From Marsupella aquatica (lineage: Eukaryota > Plantae > Marchantiophyta), in the NCBI GenBank assembly GCA_973895155.1, contig OZ316892.1:17536357-17600356 (forward strand): a stretch of 64,000 nucleotides of DNA. Reading direction: 5' to 3'. Numbering within the stretch: position 1 is the first letter of the stretch; each line of letters opens with the position of its first letter. This document shows, one piece after another, positions 1 to 12,264 of this stretch. A program made the translations under genes and the position numbers. The notes beneath the pieces are model-generated. The model was not told the DNA's origin, ran no database searches, and saw only the letters and a program-made list of their open reading frames with translations.

Positions 1-575
1 TGAGATAAATTACCTAAATTTTTATAAAATATAGGAGGCAAAAGAAGTTATTATAAATTCATATTTATAAAATATTTTATAATATATATTTTTCAAAAAA
101 TAAAATAGATCATTAATATTAAAAATAAAGAATATTATTAGAATGTTTATTTTATAAAATATATATATTCTAGATGTACACTCATTATTGGAAAATTCAG
201 AAATAGCACTAAGGAACACATCTTGGAAGATCTGGAAATCAGCATTTTTCTCTATCCACACCGGAAGTTCAGACAGCACTGAGGAAGACTTTTCTGGAAC
301 TTCAAGAAATGGGCACTCGATCGTTTAAGAGTCCGCATTCTGATCCTACGGTAACAGCAACGCGAGTCTACAACATCCCTATGTGCAGCATGTCCGGAAC
401 TAAGCTGTTAGCTCATAAAATGAATTTCCCGAGATGCGCTCTGTTTATGAGTCTCGATCGGAGTCGACAGTCAGTGTTCAAAAGTTAGAAAATTGGTAGA
501 TGAACGCTGACCCTCCAATTCAAACCAACCAGAGGGAATAAGATGCCCCAGGGGCTCATTCTACACTGTCTACCG

Positions 576-3500
576 TCAAAGAATAATTTCCTCTAGAACG
601 CTTGCACCCAGCATCTTGTGTGGAAGTACTATGCAATTTACCACGACGACCTCGTCCTCCACTGTAACCATTTCACCTGTGGATACACATCAACTCTCAG
701 GTTAGTAACCTCTGAGATGCACATTGCACATCCAAAACATGTCAGATTGAACAAGCATTGCACATCGAGAACTGTTCAAATATTTCGGATTTGCAAAACC
801 CGCAGAGGTTTCTCACAAGTTTCTCTTTCTGAGTCAGCTGAGCTCATCAAACTGCGGAAACAAACAGTTTAGCCCATGCAGTGCGATCAGATGATGTACA
901 GTATTGGATCCTTGGTACATAATTACCTAAAATGGCAATGCCCAGTTTTTGAGTAAAATCGCCACCTCCCTGCATGCGTGAAAACGACCTCAAATGAGAA
1001 CAAGCCTGCCTTGTTTGTTTCACCGCAGTAAAGTTTACACGAAGGTCTTCGCGTCTTCGTCACACATTATGTGGAGAACGAGTAAAGAAGAATGGTTGCT
1101 GAATTTGGTAGAATCAGCTAAGAGAGTGATATATTGTTACCAGGGAAGTTGATTCAAAAGAGAGCTGAATGTTTTGGAGAAGACAAGGACGTTCAAAACA
1201 GGATGGACTCAGCCAAACTACACAACCTGAACATTTATATCCTATCATCTTTGGTCACGAGCACGATTAAATAACTATTCAAGAGCTGACAACTTGCCCA
1301 TACTCCAAAGCTATCAAGTATTGCAATTACCTTGAGATTGTAAATAAGTGAGAGATGGTAGTTATCATTAATGCTTTTTACTTGACTGCGACGAAATTAG
1401 CTTTAGGGGCTAAAGAAATCTTCACAGACTTTCAGAAGATTAATTGCGCCCACCAGAGTGCACGAAAAAAACAAGACGCTAGAGTAATAGTCATTTCTAG
1501 CAATGGGGAAAGAATGATTTGTGACGAGGACAAATGTTTGACCCGGTCTCGAGAGCTTACTTGTACGCGAGACCATCTGCCTATGATTGATTTCCACCCA
1601 ACAATAGAATGCATCACAATTGCATTATCCTGCCAGAATTCCCACAGGTCAGAAATGAGATCACAAGCCCAAATTAGATCTATCTAAATACCGAAACCGT
1701 AAACAAGCAGACAGCATTAAGATGCCAGGATTTCATATGGAATTTACCATGATTTCCACACCATCTAGAATGATACAGTTAAGGAGCCGGACTCCAGGAC
1801 CAATCCGTGCGTTAGGAGAAATGGACACATTTGGCCCAATCTGCGAGACAATTTCAACAAACATCATGAGAATCTTTGCTGGATTTTACTTCCGTCATGA
1901 CAGATCTCTGTTACCTTGGAGACAAATGAAAGCTAGTAAATGAAGATAGCCAACAAATTCTTCGACAAGAATTCTGCAATCTCTCTGGTTGCGGAGCTAA
2001 TGAAAGTAAAAACTGTAAATGCACAATATTTCCCCTCTGTTTCTGATCTGATCGCAAGTAATTCACAACGAATATCTGACCTGCCCGGTGCGATTTCTAA
2101 TATTGCATCAAATGTTGTACCGTTTTCAAAGTATCAATTCAAATCCCGACCTTGTCATCAATAGATTACAAGAAGATCATACCTTTGAAGTTGGATGAAT
2201 CTTTGCTGATGGATGAATGAAAACATCACCTACAATATTCTTTCCTTGGGCTAAGACCCCTGGATTAGTTCTTCGAAATTCCTCAAGATACAGGGAAGAG
2301 CATCTAATGGACATCCTGAAGCAATGCATCAAATTTGGTAAGTCAAAATTCAGGGCGATAAAAGCTTGATAAACAGATTTGAAAGCAACTGGCAACATGA
2401 ATTTACCACGTCAGACGGGCCAGTTGTAGTAGCGATCCCTCATAAAAGAACGCCAATGTCATTCGTGTTGCAAATAGAGACTCGAGTACCAGCAGAAGAA
2501 GATGCTAATAAATGAGAGAGGACTCACCCGGGTGCTTTGATCTGTTCCCAAAAGTCTGCGGTTTCGAACGTGTACAGCTGTTTCTTGCCAGCCAGTGGTG
2601 TCAAAATGTCTTGATCAAGTCTCACAAAGTCAGATGGAATTGATCTGCATGATTGAGATTTGTAACCATAATTACAGACAACTGTTATGAACGCAGCTGT
2701 GAAAAAAGCCCTTGACGTTACCAACAAGGATGGTATTATCAATTTTCACAGTACAACACTGCAGGACAGAACCATGGCATTTTAACGAGACAAATACTGA
2801 GAACATCTATGAGAATGGGCATTAAGTTCACGTTTAGAGGAAACGCTGACCTCTTCATGTAGTTAATCAGATCATTATGAATTGATGACGAACAAGCACA
2901 AACAAACGAGAAGATATGGACTATGCCAGAGTTGATGATGGGTATCTAAGACTCACTTTGTCGCGGACTGGAGAGCTTCGAAGCTAGATAAACGTCGCAA
3001 AGAAGCTGGTAGAGCACACCAAACCAATGTAAGCACACCAAAACCCTACACTAGTGGTAATGGGTATCTATGACTCACTTTGTTGCTGACTGTAGAGCTT
3101 CGAGGCTATTTAAACGTCGCAAGACATCTGTTACGACACAGCAGAAACAGTGGTGAGCAAAAACAAAGGTACCCGGAGCTGCTCCCTTCTGCACACAGTT
3201 GGGGGCTGCAATTACCACACAAGTATCCACAACATCAACCTCCAGTACTCTACATTCCAGCTTTTACTACAAAAATGCAGCAGATGTTTATCTTGCTGCA
3301 GGGCCCGTGAGGCTAACCTCTGTCTACCCGAGATGTTGACACGTTTGCAATGGCCTTGAATATCTCCGGTGTGAAAATATAGACTCCACAGTTTATGTGG
3401 TCACTCACCTGAACAGTAAATTCCAATCAAAGGAGAGAACCAGAAAATGCTATTGGCTGAATTACTATGATAACAGTAGTACGGAAGGAATTATCAGGGC

Positions 3501-6159
3501 AAGATGACAAATGCAGGAAAAGCAGAGAGAAATTAGTATAGAGGTCTTACAAAAGTCTCTGGTTTCTCTGCGTAATGAAGCAGCTCCTGGGTATCTGGAT
3601 CAGCCACCAGTTCTCCAAACTGACTAGCGAAGTCTGCTGAAACCTGAGAAAGAAAGGAATGTCATCAGATTTACAGGAAATAAAAGTAGAGAATGATCAA
3701 AAGGGTGAGACGTGGAAGTTCCTCCCCACCAATCCATAGACCGGTAAATACCAAGAGCAGTTACCTTTTTCACTAAAAGGGTGCCAATTCCACCAAAAGA
3801 CCGGTGTGCAGCTGCAATCAAGTAACCACATAGCGGTGTAAGATGTATTAAAGAATAGTTCAATGGCACAAGCTTAGATTAGGGCCATACAGAGGACATC
3901 GAAACTTCATGCATATTCTGGGAAGATTTTCCTTAAACCACCACTGTCCATATAAAAGGAGAAGTGTCCAATACTTTTCACTTTTTCACATTTCTCCACA
4001 ATTTCAGGAAAATGGTACTAAAAATGGTAAAACCTGCTGGATCCAGGTTTTGTCATGGACAATGGCGCTTTAAATGGTTATTAACGGAGGCGTGATAAAC
4101 AAGATACGAATTCGGACAGAACAATTAAATACCCAGCATTTCTTGGAGCGGAAAGCTGCAGCAAACATCACAGTTTAAGACAATGATATCTTCCTGGAAC
4201 AACCACGCACAACGATTAGCACATTTGCGGCCCGCAACTTTATACTAAATTTCTTGTTATAGAAGAGATCGTAGTCATTTCTTGTTGTAGATTATGACAG
4301 GTAAACACATTCAATTTGCCCAACTACGTACTGCCAAGGATGCCAAGGAAACTAGAAAACATTGTACCTCAAAAACGTGTACTCCTCATATGTCCACGTA
4401 AACCAGCAGCATCTACTATCCATCTGAACCCCTACAAAAGCATGTCTAAACATAGAGTAAACAGCATGGATAGTGATCCTTACTGGGCTATCCTCGAGGA
4501 TGAGATCTTTGAAACTGTAAAGACCACCTGCTGACCCGTGTGGTCGGTCTTCACGCAAATATCTGTAATATGCAACAAATGGTAGCATTACCATGATTGA
4601 TGTTGCAGTCAAATCCTACGCAATATCATAGTTTGCGAGAGAACATATTGCTGGCAATTCTGCAGATGAAGATAGAATGAAATTTTATGAAATCAACCTC
4701 CTTTGATTGCAATATGGGACGAGTAGCAAGCTTTAGACTGGATAGAGCACGAAACCTCCACATGCTATACGACACTTGTAAGCCAAACTATAAAAAAGAT
4801 AGATATGTTCGTCTGAAAGGTAGGGAACTTGATTGAACTCTTTTTCAGTTTGTACCTCACTGGAATCTGGAGCTCAGTGGAGATGGTGGAGCAGTAGAGG
4901 GAAAAGTCCCTTTCTTCATAAAAGCCTATCAAGTAAATGTGGGCCAGGTTCGGTATCTGTTCCCAACATTCAGAGCGAACTCGTGAAGATTCTAAGTACC
5001 TTACAGGCCGTGCTTTGTTCAATGAAAAGCATTGAATCGTACACATAAAACATGCTATTAACGAACAAAACATGACACAAATTTGTGAGGATGCACTAAT
5101 ATTAAACAACCCTAAACTGGGAAGCCACAACTTGGTAATATACTGATATCGATAACGCCAGGGGCAAACTACGACAAACACTCGCTGTTTATTGATGGTT
5201 AGACAGGTAAAGGAATTATTAAGGGTAGATCATTTGCAGGAGGGGAAATTCCGATAGATTGGGAGAGCAGTTCCCTGGATGACCACAAATGAAATCTCAA
5301 CCACGAAACTCAGGAGGCTTTAGTCCTCACCTTAGACATGTAAGAAAGGAAACGAATTAGCACAAGGTGCACATAGGAAATCAGAGTTGATTAGGAGGGA
5401 GGGACACACCTTCTTGCAGGAGAGAACGGGATGGTGGAGCATTGGCTGCCCTGCAAGTGGGAAGAGAGGTTTGGGGATGTTGAAGGAAAGAGGTCGAAAG
5501 CGAGTACCTGCAATATTAAGATGAAGTTAAAGATGAGTAAGGCCAGGGTTGATTCATATCATCACGGATCCTGTTTATCCGAGAAGGTGATTTATGTTTA
5601 TCTAAAAATTCATATCGGAAACCGGTCTTCGCTTGGGGTGTCCAGAGGTTTCACAATACGCTTTCAATTTCTGCACAAGGTCACCTTTGTGTGTTTTCTT
5701 TAACATCGGGAAAGTTCGTAAGAAGAGTACTTATGGTGTTTACACAGGGAAGTCAACGGTAGACATGCTGTTAGTATCATTCCCTATCTAGTCCCCGCAG
5801 TCCAAGGCACAAAACCTATGGCCAGAAGGCTACAACATATACTGCATAATGGTTAGCCTCTGCTTCATTATCCACTAACTCCCATCAAGGAAATTGCAGT
5901 ACAACCTCACAAATTGCACCATAAACATGGCATATCTTCTCTGCCCCACTGAGCCCCATGGGCCCACGCCTCTCATGCGCGGAATCCACAATAATTCATT
6001 TGTGCAGGTTCTTCCTTCCTCCACCAAAAATCAGAGAATCTCATGGAAGTAGAAAGAAGCTCCAGCGGAATATGAAATAGTACCTTTCGTAGGCCCTCCG
6101 ACCATAACCACTGCCACCGTCTTCCCCGTCGAGCCATTGGTAGGAACGTCGGGACCCAT
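576..6159 (-). CDS. GMPPA: Mannose-1-phosphate guanylyltransferase alpha / KONJAC-like (GMPP regulatory subunit), 15 coding exons plus one alternative exon
   Basis: Spliced by eye with GT-AG borders and consistent phases: 6084-6159, 5410-5507, 4856-4956, 4484-4562, 4133-4193, 3765-3811, 3551-3643, 3318-3408, [3079-3127 or 2957-3005], 2528-2644, 2183-2315, 1748-1840, 1561-1629, 927-969, 576-676. Protein has [53 protein letters not shown], hexapeptide repeats ([19 protein letters not shown]) and ends EEIIL*. Confidence 0.93.
2957..3005 (-). other. GMPP-alpha exon 9b (49 nt, encodes [17 protein letters not shown])
   Basis: cag acceptor and gtgagt donor; phase 1 to phase 2 fits the flanking exons; RRLSSFEAL resembles the motif in seed-plant homologues. 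Confidence 0.9.
3079..3127 (-). other. GMPP-alpha duplicated alternative exon 9a (49 nt, encodes [17 protein letters not shown])
   Basis: Paralogous copy of exon 9b offset by 122 nt; intact cag/gtgagt splice sites; same length and phase; no stop codon. Confidence 0.75.
3937..4069. mobile_element. Short TIR element (MITE-like) flanked by TTAA, in a GMPP-alpha intron
   Basis: TTAA at 3933-3936 and 4070-4073; imperfect TIRs (accaccactgtccat / atggacaatggcgct); homologous in inverted orientation to 42106-42251. Confidence 0.65.
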
Positions 6160-9100
6160 TGCGATTGTCTTGGAAGGCCCCAGAAGAAGTCGAATACAAG
6201 AATGGAATAGTAAGGAGGATGAAAATATATTCGTTTCTTTCAAGACAGAATAACAAGCTTCTCCTCCTGCTGATGTTCCTCTGGGGCTGGTACACTTCAC
6301 TGCTGAGTGCCAGTTAACTTAATACAACAAAACTCTTTTCTCTATGCATCCCAACCATGACGGTAGTGCACAGATTTGCTGGACCTTATCCTTCCTTCTG
6401 TACCAGACAATTTCGTGGGGGAAAATTTCTGTTAGAAACTGTGATAGAAATACAGTTCTCCAATTCATGCTCTGCGTCTCAATACCTTCTAGGCACGTAA
6501 CCCTCCAAATGCACTCATTCCCTCCCCTAAAGAGCCCTTGCCTTTATTAGTTCTGCGTCCCTTGACAGTCCTCCAGTTACACTCTCTACTTTGACGCCAG
6601 TTCTTTGAACTGTACTGAATTCACCTGAAGGTTCGAATGGCTTTCCCAAGACATACACATCCTCTAGCTTTCATCTTCTCGACCTTCACTTCAGTTGGAT
6701 TAAATCTCAGACAGAAAGAACGAATTGATATCTCTATTTACGGCAAAGCACAACGGCGACAAAGAAAGAGGGGACATGAGTAAGGAGATCTATGTATAGG
6801 AAGACTGATCAGGATGCAAAAGCGCTTAGTTCTAACATTCTTTGCTCGGAAGAATAATGTCTGGTAAGTAAAGCCTGACTCATGCTTAAAGTCTTTTACA
6901 TCTCGAATCCGAGATCCAGACAAGCTTAGAACAACACCTCCCGGCTCCCATACTACAGCACTGCAATCATGGATCACTCCATCTTGAAGTAGTCGCGTGT
7001 TTGTGACTTCTCGACACGCAGATCAGGATATCACTCATTTACCTGTCTTCTTCGTTACTATTATGATGCGCGGAAAGGGCTCAGCCCGAAGAAATCAACT
7101 GGTTTGCTCTATCATCCTCATTACTGTACGACGGTGGTCGCGTAAACAGCCCTAGGAGAACTTGTGTGCCAGGACAGTCACATCACCTGCTTGCTTTAAT
7201 TCCTTTCTTCCTCACATTACAATAATACAAAGCTATAAGAACGAGCCAGTAAAGTGCAACACATTCAAAGGTAGATCACATTCAGAAAGGAGACCTGCAG
7301 CTCTGGTTCGTCCCGGCTGACTAGAATTATAATCTAAAAAAAATTATTGCCCCGATGAACTACTCTGGACAATTTTTGATGTGCAACTTTTCGAATCCGG
7401 ATCACAGTTTGACAGTTCTACCTCTCCTTGTCCGTCTTCTTTTTTCATTTCTGCCAGATGAGTGAGGTCCAGTCGCGTAAAGACGACTCAAGAAGGCTCG
7501 TCTTTGTCACTAGGAACGACAATGCTGCAAGACCAAAGCCTAAAATCAGCCAGGATTCGAAATGATGATCACGATGATAATGCCGTGCCTTAACCTTCGT
7601 CATTCTCGTGGTTGTTTGTTTTCAAAAGTCACATCACTGTACTGCTGATCTTGTTGTTATCTACCACTGGTCAAAATACTTATAGACCAGAATGGAGAGT
7701 AAGACATGACCGACAAGGAACGAGAATAGGCGCAGATAGGAGAGAAAGGTGACAGGGCAAAAAACTCGAGATGCTATAAGTCTAACTGAATAGAAGCGAT
7801 GTGATCAGGCGCTCAATCATCCGACTGCCCCTACGCATGACCGCCACCGGGCGCAGTCCGACGAAGGATTGCATTTGAAAGGAAAACCAGTAATCCTTGC
7901 GCGAAAGTACTAGAAGTAATATCAGGCTAACAAAATCCTGTGGTACCTACTCCATCTCAGAGTGCAAATCGAGCCGATTGTTGCCGCTTCCTATAACGAA
8001 CGACAACACCAAACCAGAGCAGAGCAAGTCCTCCACACCGAGATCTAATGGAGAGAGGCGACGACCCTTCGACGCCACAGGCGAATCCAGATCTAGTGTA
8101 CCACGGGATACAAATTATCGCTCTCGACACTCAAATCCATTCAGCACGAACTCAACTAGAATGAATTCTCCCCGACTTCAGGCACAGTGTGTACACGTAA
8201 ATATGTCTCTTACACGACTTTCGAATGTCTCAATTCTTTTGCAAGACATGTACAACCAAAATTCAAACTCAAAATCCGATAGTTCTGTACTGATAATTTC
8301 TCGTCGGCAAAGAACTCACCCGTTGGCGTGAGTTAGCGGCTTTTTCGCGAAGTAGCTCCCCTGTGTACTGAGTTGGATTCGAGACACGCAGCCAAGTCAT
8401 CAAAGTCAGCGACAAAAAGGGCAATAACAGTCCATATACTGTGCTACTTGTGCGACGTAAAGCTTCATTACTCACCGATTTTGCTCTACTCCGCCACCTC
8501 CTCATGCGACCTCTCCTTCCCTTCCGATTCCTTCGTGAGACAAGTTCTCTCCACTGAATTTATTTCCCTGTGGATCATGTCTTTCCGTGCTAAATTATTA
8601 ATACCTTGATATGGAATCTAACGGCTGCTGTGTTGCATTCACGTCCTGGGGAAAACTTCTGACCTTAGATTCTTCTTGTCACGAATCATGGCCTCTCCGA
8701 GTTTGGAGCGTGGGAGGAGTCCCTCCTTTTGGGAATAATTCCGTAAGAATATTCGTGGCCGGTCCGCTTTTCAAGATAAATCAAATGCAAAGACAGGCGA
8801 ATATGGAACGGTAGGTCGTGGATGGTGCCAGAATGGCGTGTGGTATTTACTCACGAAGCAAGCTTGACCTCACGGATTGTTTCATAAATATATCTCTTTC
8901 GAGGGAAAAGCTTTGATCTCCATGCGCCTCCTAGTTGGAGACCAAGGTTCCAACTCGGCAACGCATTGGCACAGGGTATGGGATGAGAACTGAATCCAAA
9001 TCATTGTGTGCGTTTGCAACGATCTTTGCCTCCTGTTCTGTAATTCCCAACTTTGAACCCGCTTTCCGCTTGAATACTCGTTAACATTCGCCTTCCTTAA

Positions 9101-9323
9101 CGACGGTACAGGAGATTTGCAAAGCGTCACTCTGTATAAAAAAATTCTGAACGACAGTCTTGTTTGCAATCCAGTTGACAATCAAGGGATCCTTGTTTAG
9201 TACCAGCGGTGGTTTGACACGGAACAATGGCTGACCTAGCAAATTTACTGCTGATCAATTAGGTGCACAGATCAATCAATCAGATGTGTGGCCTGTATAC
9301 AGGGATCCGCCGATTATATGTAA

Positions 9324-10982
9324 TTATTGTAGCCGCACAACTAATTTGTTCTTCTTGCCGGCTGACAAGAGGAGCATTTTGTCATCCACGAGGTCGACAG
9401 CATCTAATGTTTGTCCATCATCTACAACCTTCTCATTATTCAGATATAGACCTCCCTGCTTAATAAGCCGTCGAGCAGCTGCCTTACTGGCCTGCAGCTC
9501 TGTTTTCACACAAAGATCCACAACAGATACACCCAGCACTTCAGCCCTGGGAAGGGAACAAGAAGGGATATCTTCAGCAATGGATTCCAGTACTTTGGCA
9601 TCAAGCTTTGTACTAGCCCCGGGAGCCAAAGCTTGAGTAGCCCTCTCGGCATCTGCTAGGGCTTCTTCTCCATGAACAAAACGAGTCACCTCTTCTGCTA
9701 ACCTTCTCTGCGCACTGTTGGGGCTGTACCCTGGCTTCCCCATGGCCTCCTCAATAGCTTGGATCTCATCTAAATCCACAAATGTGATCATTTTCAGCAT
9801 CTTTATAACGTCAGAATCAGGGGTGCTGAACAGGTACTGGTAGAACTTATAAGGGGAGAGATAAGAGGCAGCCAGCCAGATTGCTCCTCCTTCAGACTTC
9901 CCAAACTTTGTCCCATCCGACTTGAGCAGCAGGGGCCAAGTGAGGCCATGTGCTCCATCCTCATGAAGCAATTTTCTGATCAAATCTGTACCAGCTGTGA
10001 TGTTTCCCCACTGGTCACTTCCTCCAATTTGCACTGACACCCCTTCTTCCTTGAACAAATGGACAAAGTCATACCCCTGCAGAAGCTGGTACGTGAACTC
10101 CGTGTAGCTCATACCTTCCTCGGAATTCAACCTCCTCTTCACGCTCTCTTTGGCCATCATGGTTCCCACTCTGGCATACTTCGCCACATCCCGGAGAAAA
10201 TCCAGTAAGCTGAAATCCTTCCACCAATCGTAGTTGTTTACAAAAATGGGATCGTGACCTCCTCCTAGAGAATCTTCTTTCTTCAGAATTTGGACCAAGA
10301 CTGCTCGAATGCCCTCCAGATTCTTCGAGATTGTGTCCTCACTCATGACAGGTCTCTCAATTGATTTCCCTGATGGGTCCCCCACCCTGGCTGTAGCTCC
10401 ACCCATGAGTGCAACGGGGATATGGCCACACCTTTGGAACCATGAGAGGACAATTATTCCCAGCAAATTCCCAAGATGGAGGCATTCTGCAGTAGGATCA
10501 AATCCACAATACACTTTCACCGGCGCAACACCGGGCTTGGAGCATGCCACCCTCAGCTCATCTCCGGTGATGGATTCAAGGAGTCCCCTCTCCTCCAGCA
10601 CGTCAATGACGTTCCTCCCCTCTCGAGGATTGGCGATTGCTCCTCCTCTCTCTTCGACGGCAATGCTGGCCCTGGCAAATAAGAGCCCCTCAGAAGCGCT
10701 AGTAACGGACCTACAATGACGATTTCCACCACCGTTGCGAAGAGGCGCACCTCTGAAACAAAACTGGCGCCCGGAAGGGCTGCAGTTGTATGTTTGCGCC
10801 TTGCCATTCCCCCCAAACCCGCCAACGTGAGCAGGAGATTTGAAGACTGCTGCGACATGGCTGCCAGAGCTCCACTTCTGTGCAGGGAGATTCATGAAGA
10901 AACTCACAACGCGGCTGACTGAGGTCACCACGCACGCCGACGACGTGTGTGTTGGCAGAATCCCGAGGCGCTGGCAGGCCAT
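9324..10982 (-). CDS. Tyrosine--tRNA ligase, bacterial-type, organellar (chloroplast/mitochondrion), intronless
   Basis: VYCGFDPTAECLHLGNL (HIGH-like), QIGGSDQWGNI, KFGKS (KMSKS-like), C-terminal S4-like domain (ARRLIKQGGLYLN); Ser/Arg-rich transit peptide; first ATG at 10982 (the track ORF begins at a non-ATG codon, 11009). Confidence 0.96.
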   Translation of the reverse strand: MACQRLGILPTHTSSACVVTSVSRVVSFFMNLPAQKWSSGSHVAAVFKSPAHVGGFGGNGKAQTYNCSPSGRQFCFRGAPLRNGGGNRHCRSVTSASEGLLFARASIAVEERGGAIANPREGRNVIDVLEERGLLESITGDELRVACSKPGVAPVKVYCGFDPTAECLHLGNLLGIIVLSWFQRCGHIPVALMGGATARVGDPSGKSIERPVMSEDTISKNLEGIRAVLVQILKKEDSLGGGHDPIFVNNYDWWKDFSLLDFLRDVAKYARVGTMMAKESVKRRLNSEEGMSYTEFTYQLLQGYDFVHLFKEEGVSVQIGGSDQWGNITAGTDLIRKLLHEDGAHGLTWPLLLKSDGTKFGKSEGGAIWLAASYLSPYKFYQYLFSTPDSDVIKMLKMITFVDLDEIQAIEEAMGKPGYSPNSAQRRLAEEVTRFVHGEEALADAERATQALAPGASTKLDAKVLESIAEDIPSCSLPRAEVLGVSVVDLCVKTELQASKAAARRLIKQGGLYLNNEKVVDDGQTLDAVDLVDDKMLLLSAGKKNKLVVRLQ

Positions 10983-11326
10983 GGCTCTCCTCCTCCTCAA
11001 CGAAAGCACTCCTTTCCCGTGTCACTGGGCAATTTAAGAGTCCATGGCGCCCCTAGAAACCTTCGAAATGGAAGAAACCACAGGCATGGTCTATCAGGGA
11101 TCAACTTGGCACGTTGATCGGAGCTCCATGACCTAGGGTGCAATGCGCTCTCAACCAAGAGAACTATTTTCGGGGACTTTAGAAGCTTGACAATTTGCAT
11201 CTCGAAACCTTGAGAGCTAAACATCATGAATTCCTCGAGAAACTCGGCAGCGGGAGAAGCTTGAAGAGTTCGTCTAAAGAAATTGAAAGTTTATATGTAA
11301 AATGTGTCTCGAGATGGACACTTGAA

Positions 11327-11410
11327 GCTAGCTTGCCCGAGTGGTCTAAGGGGGGCGACTTAAGATCGCCTATGCATCAGCATGCGTGGGTTCAAACCCC
11401 ACAGCTAGCA
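11327..11410 (+). tRNA. tRNA-Leu (anticodon UAA)
   Basis: Acceptor stem GCTAGCT/AGCTAGC+A, D-arm CCCGAGTGGTCTAAGGG, anticodon arm GGCGA-CTTAAGA-TCGCC, long variable arm, T-arm GTGGG-TTCAAAC-CCCAC, downstream T-run. Confidence 0.95.
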
Positions 11411-11737
11411 ATGATGGAGACTGTCCCCTTTTACTCCTCTCAACGCAGTTATTTTCTACTTCGAAAAAAATAAGTGTTTCCAAGGCAAACCAGAGGAGTA
11501 GGTGTGTTCAAACCCCACAACTACAATAGGATATTTGGTAAATTCGGTAAATCCACCCAGTGATGGTTTTGTGTCCCACTCCAAATTTGGTAACTGCATT
11601 CACTTATGTTTTTGTGTCCCACTCCTTCTAAAGTTATTTGTAGTTATTTGTTTAGGAGCCCTATGTCCGTGCGTTGCCCGGTCCATAGGGAGTTGGGCCG
11701 GGGCATTTATGGGGCAGCGGGAAGCACATATGTGTTA

Positions 11738-12136
11738 GAGCATCTCCACCGGGCCAGCAAATAGCCCCGTAACCTCCATTTAGGCATATGAGATTTCACA
11801 TATGCGGGCGGGCAGGACATCCCACCAGCACCCTGCAACCCCTAAACTGATGGCGGCCCACCGAAAAGTTGCAGACCCTGACCGCCAGATTCAGGCCCCC
11901 ATTTTGACCCCCTGAAGGATCGACGGATTGAATGTGTACACTGGGCTCAATCTGACTCAAGCTTGAGTTCCCGCTTGGAGAGTTTCCCTCACTGGACAAA
12001 CATTTCGTGCAAATTTTGCGGGGTGCCGGTGGGGATCAGCAAGAAGGGTCTCAGGCTAGTATCCTTCAGACCTGAATAAATGCGAGGCAAATTTTTGTGA
12101 TAGGAGCCACGAGTGCCCAAACGGGTGGAGATGCTC
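11738..12136. mobile_element. Tourist-like MITE (PIF/Harbinger-derived), 399 bp
   Basis: 13-bp perfect TIR GAGCATCTCCACC / GGTGGAGATGCTC; TTA TSD at 11735-11737 and 12137-12139; no coding capacity. Confidence 0.88.
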
Positions 12137-12264
12137 TTAGGGGTGCACATTTCCTCCATCAATGGTCAGGGAAGACAATTAATCGAATCCAACGGCTGTG
12201 GATCTTTCCCGCCCAACAGCTTTTTTGGATAGGACCTTGTATATATTTGCATAATCTTTCTCAG

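Noticed and set aside
22-279. 85-aa ORF at the window start
   Set aside because: AT-rich low-complexity sequence giving an I/F/Y/N/K-biased peptide; not a credible gene.
10309-11037. Several ORFs overlapping TyrRS (similar ones overlap FtsH, HIR, mL59 and the methyltransferase)
   Set aside because: Antisense or alternative-frame shadows of real coding sequence.
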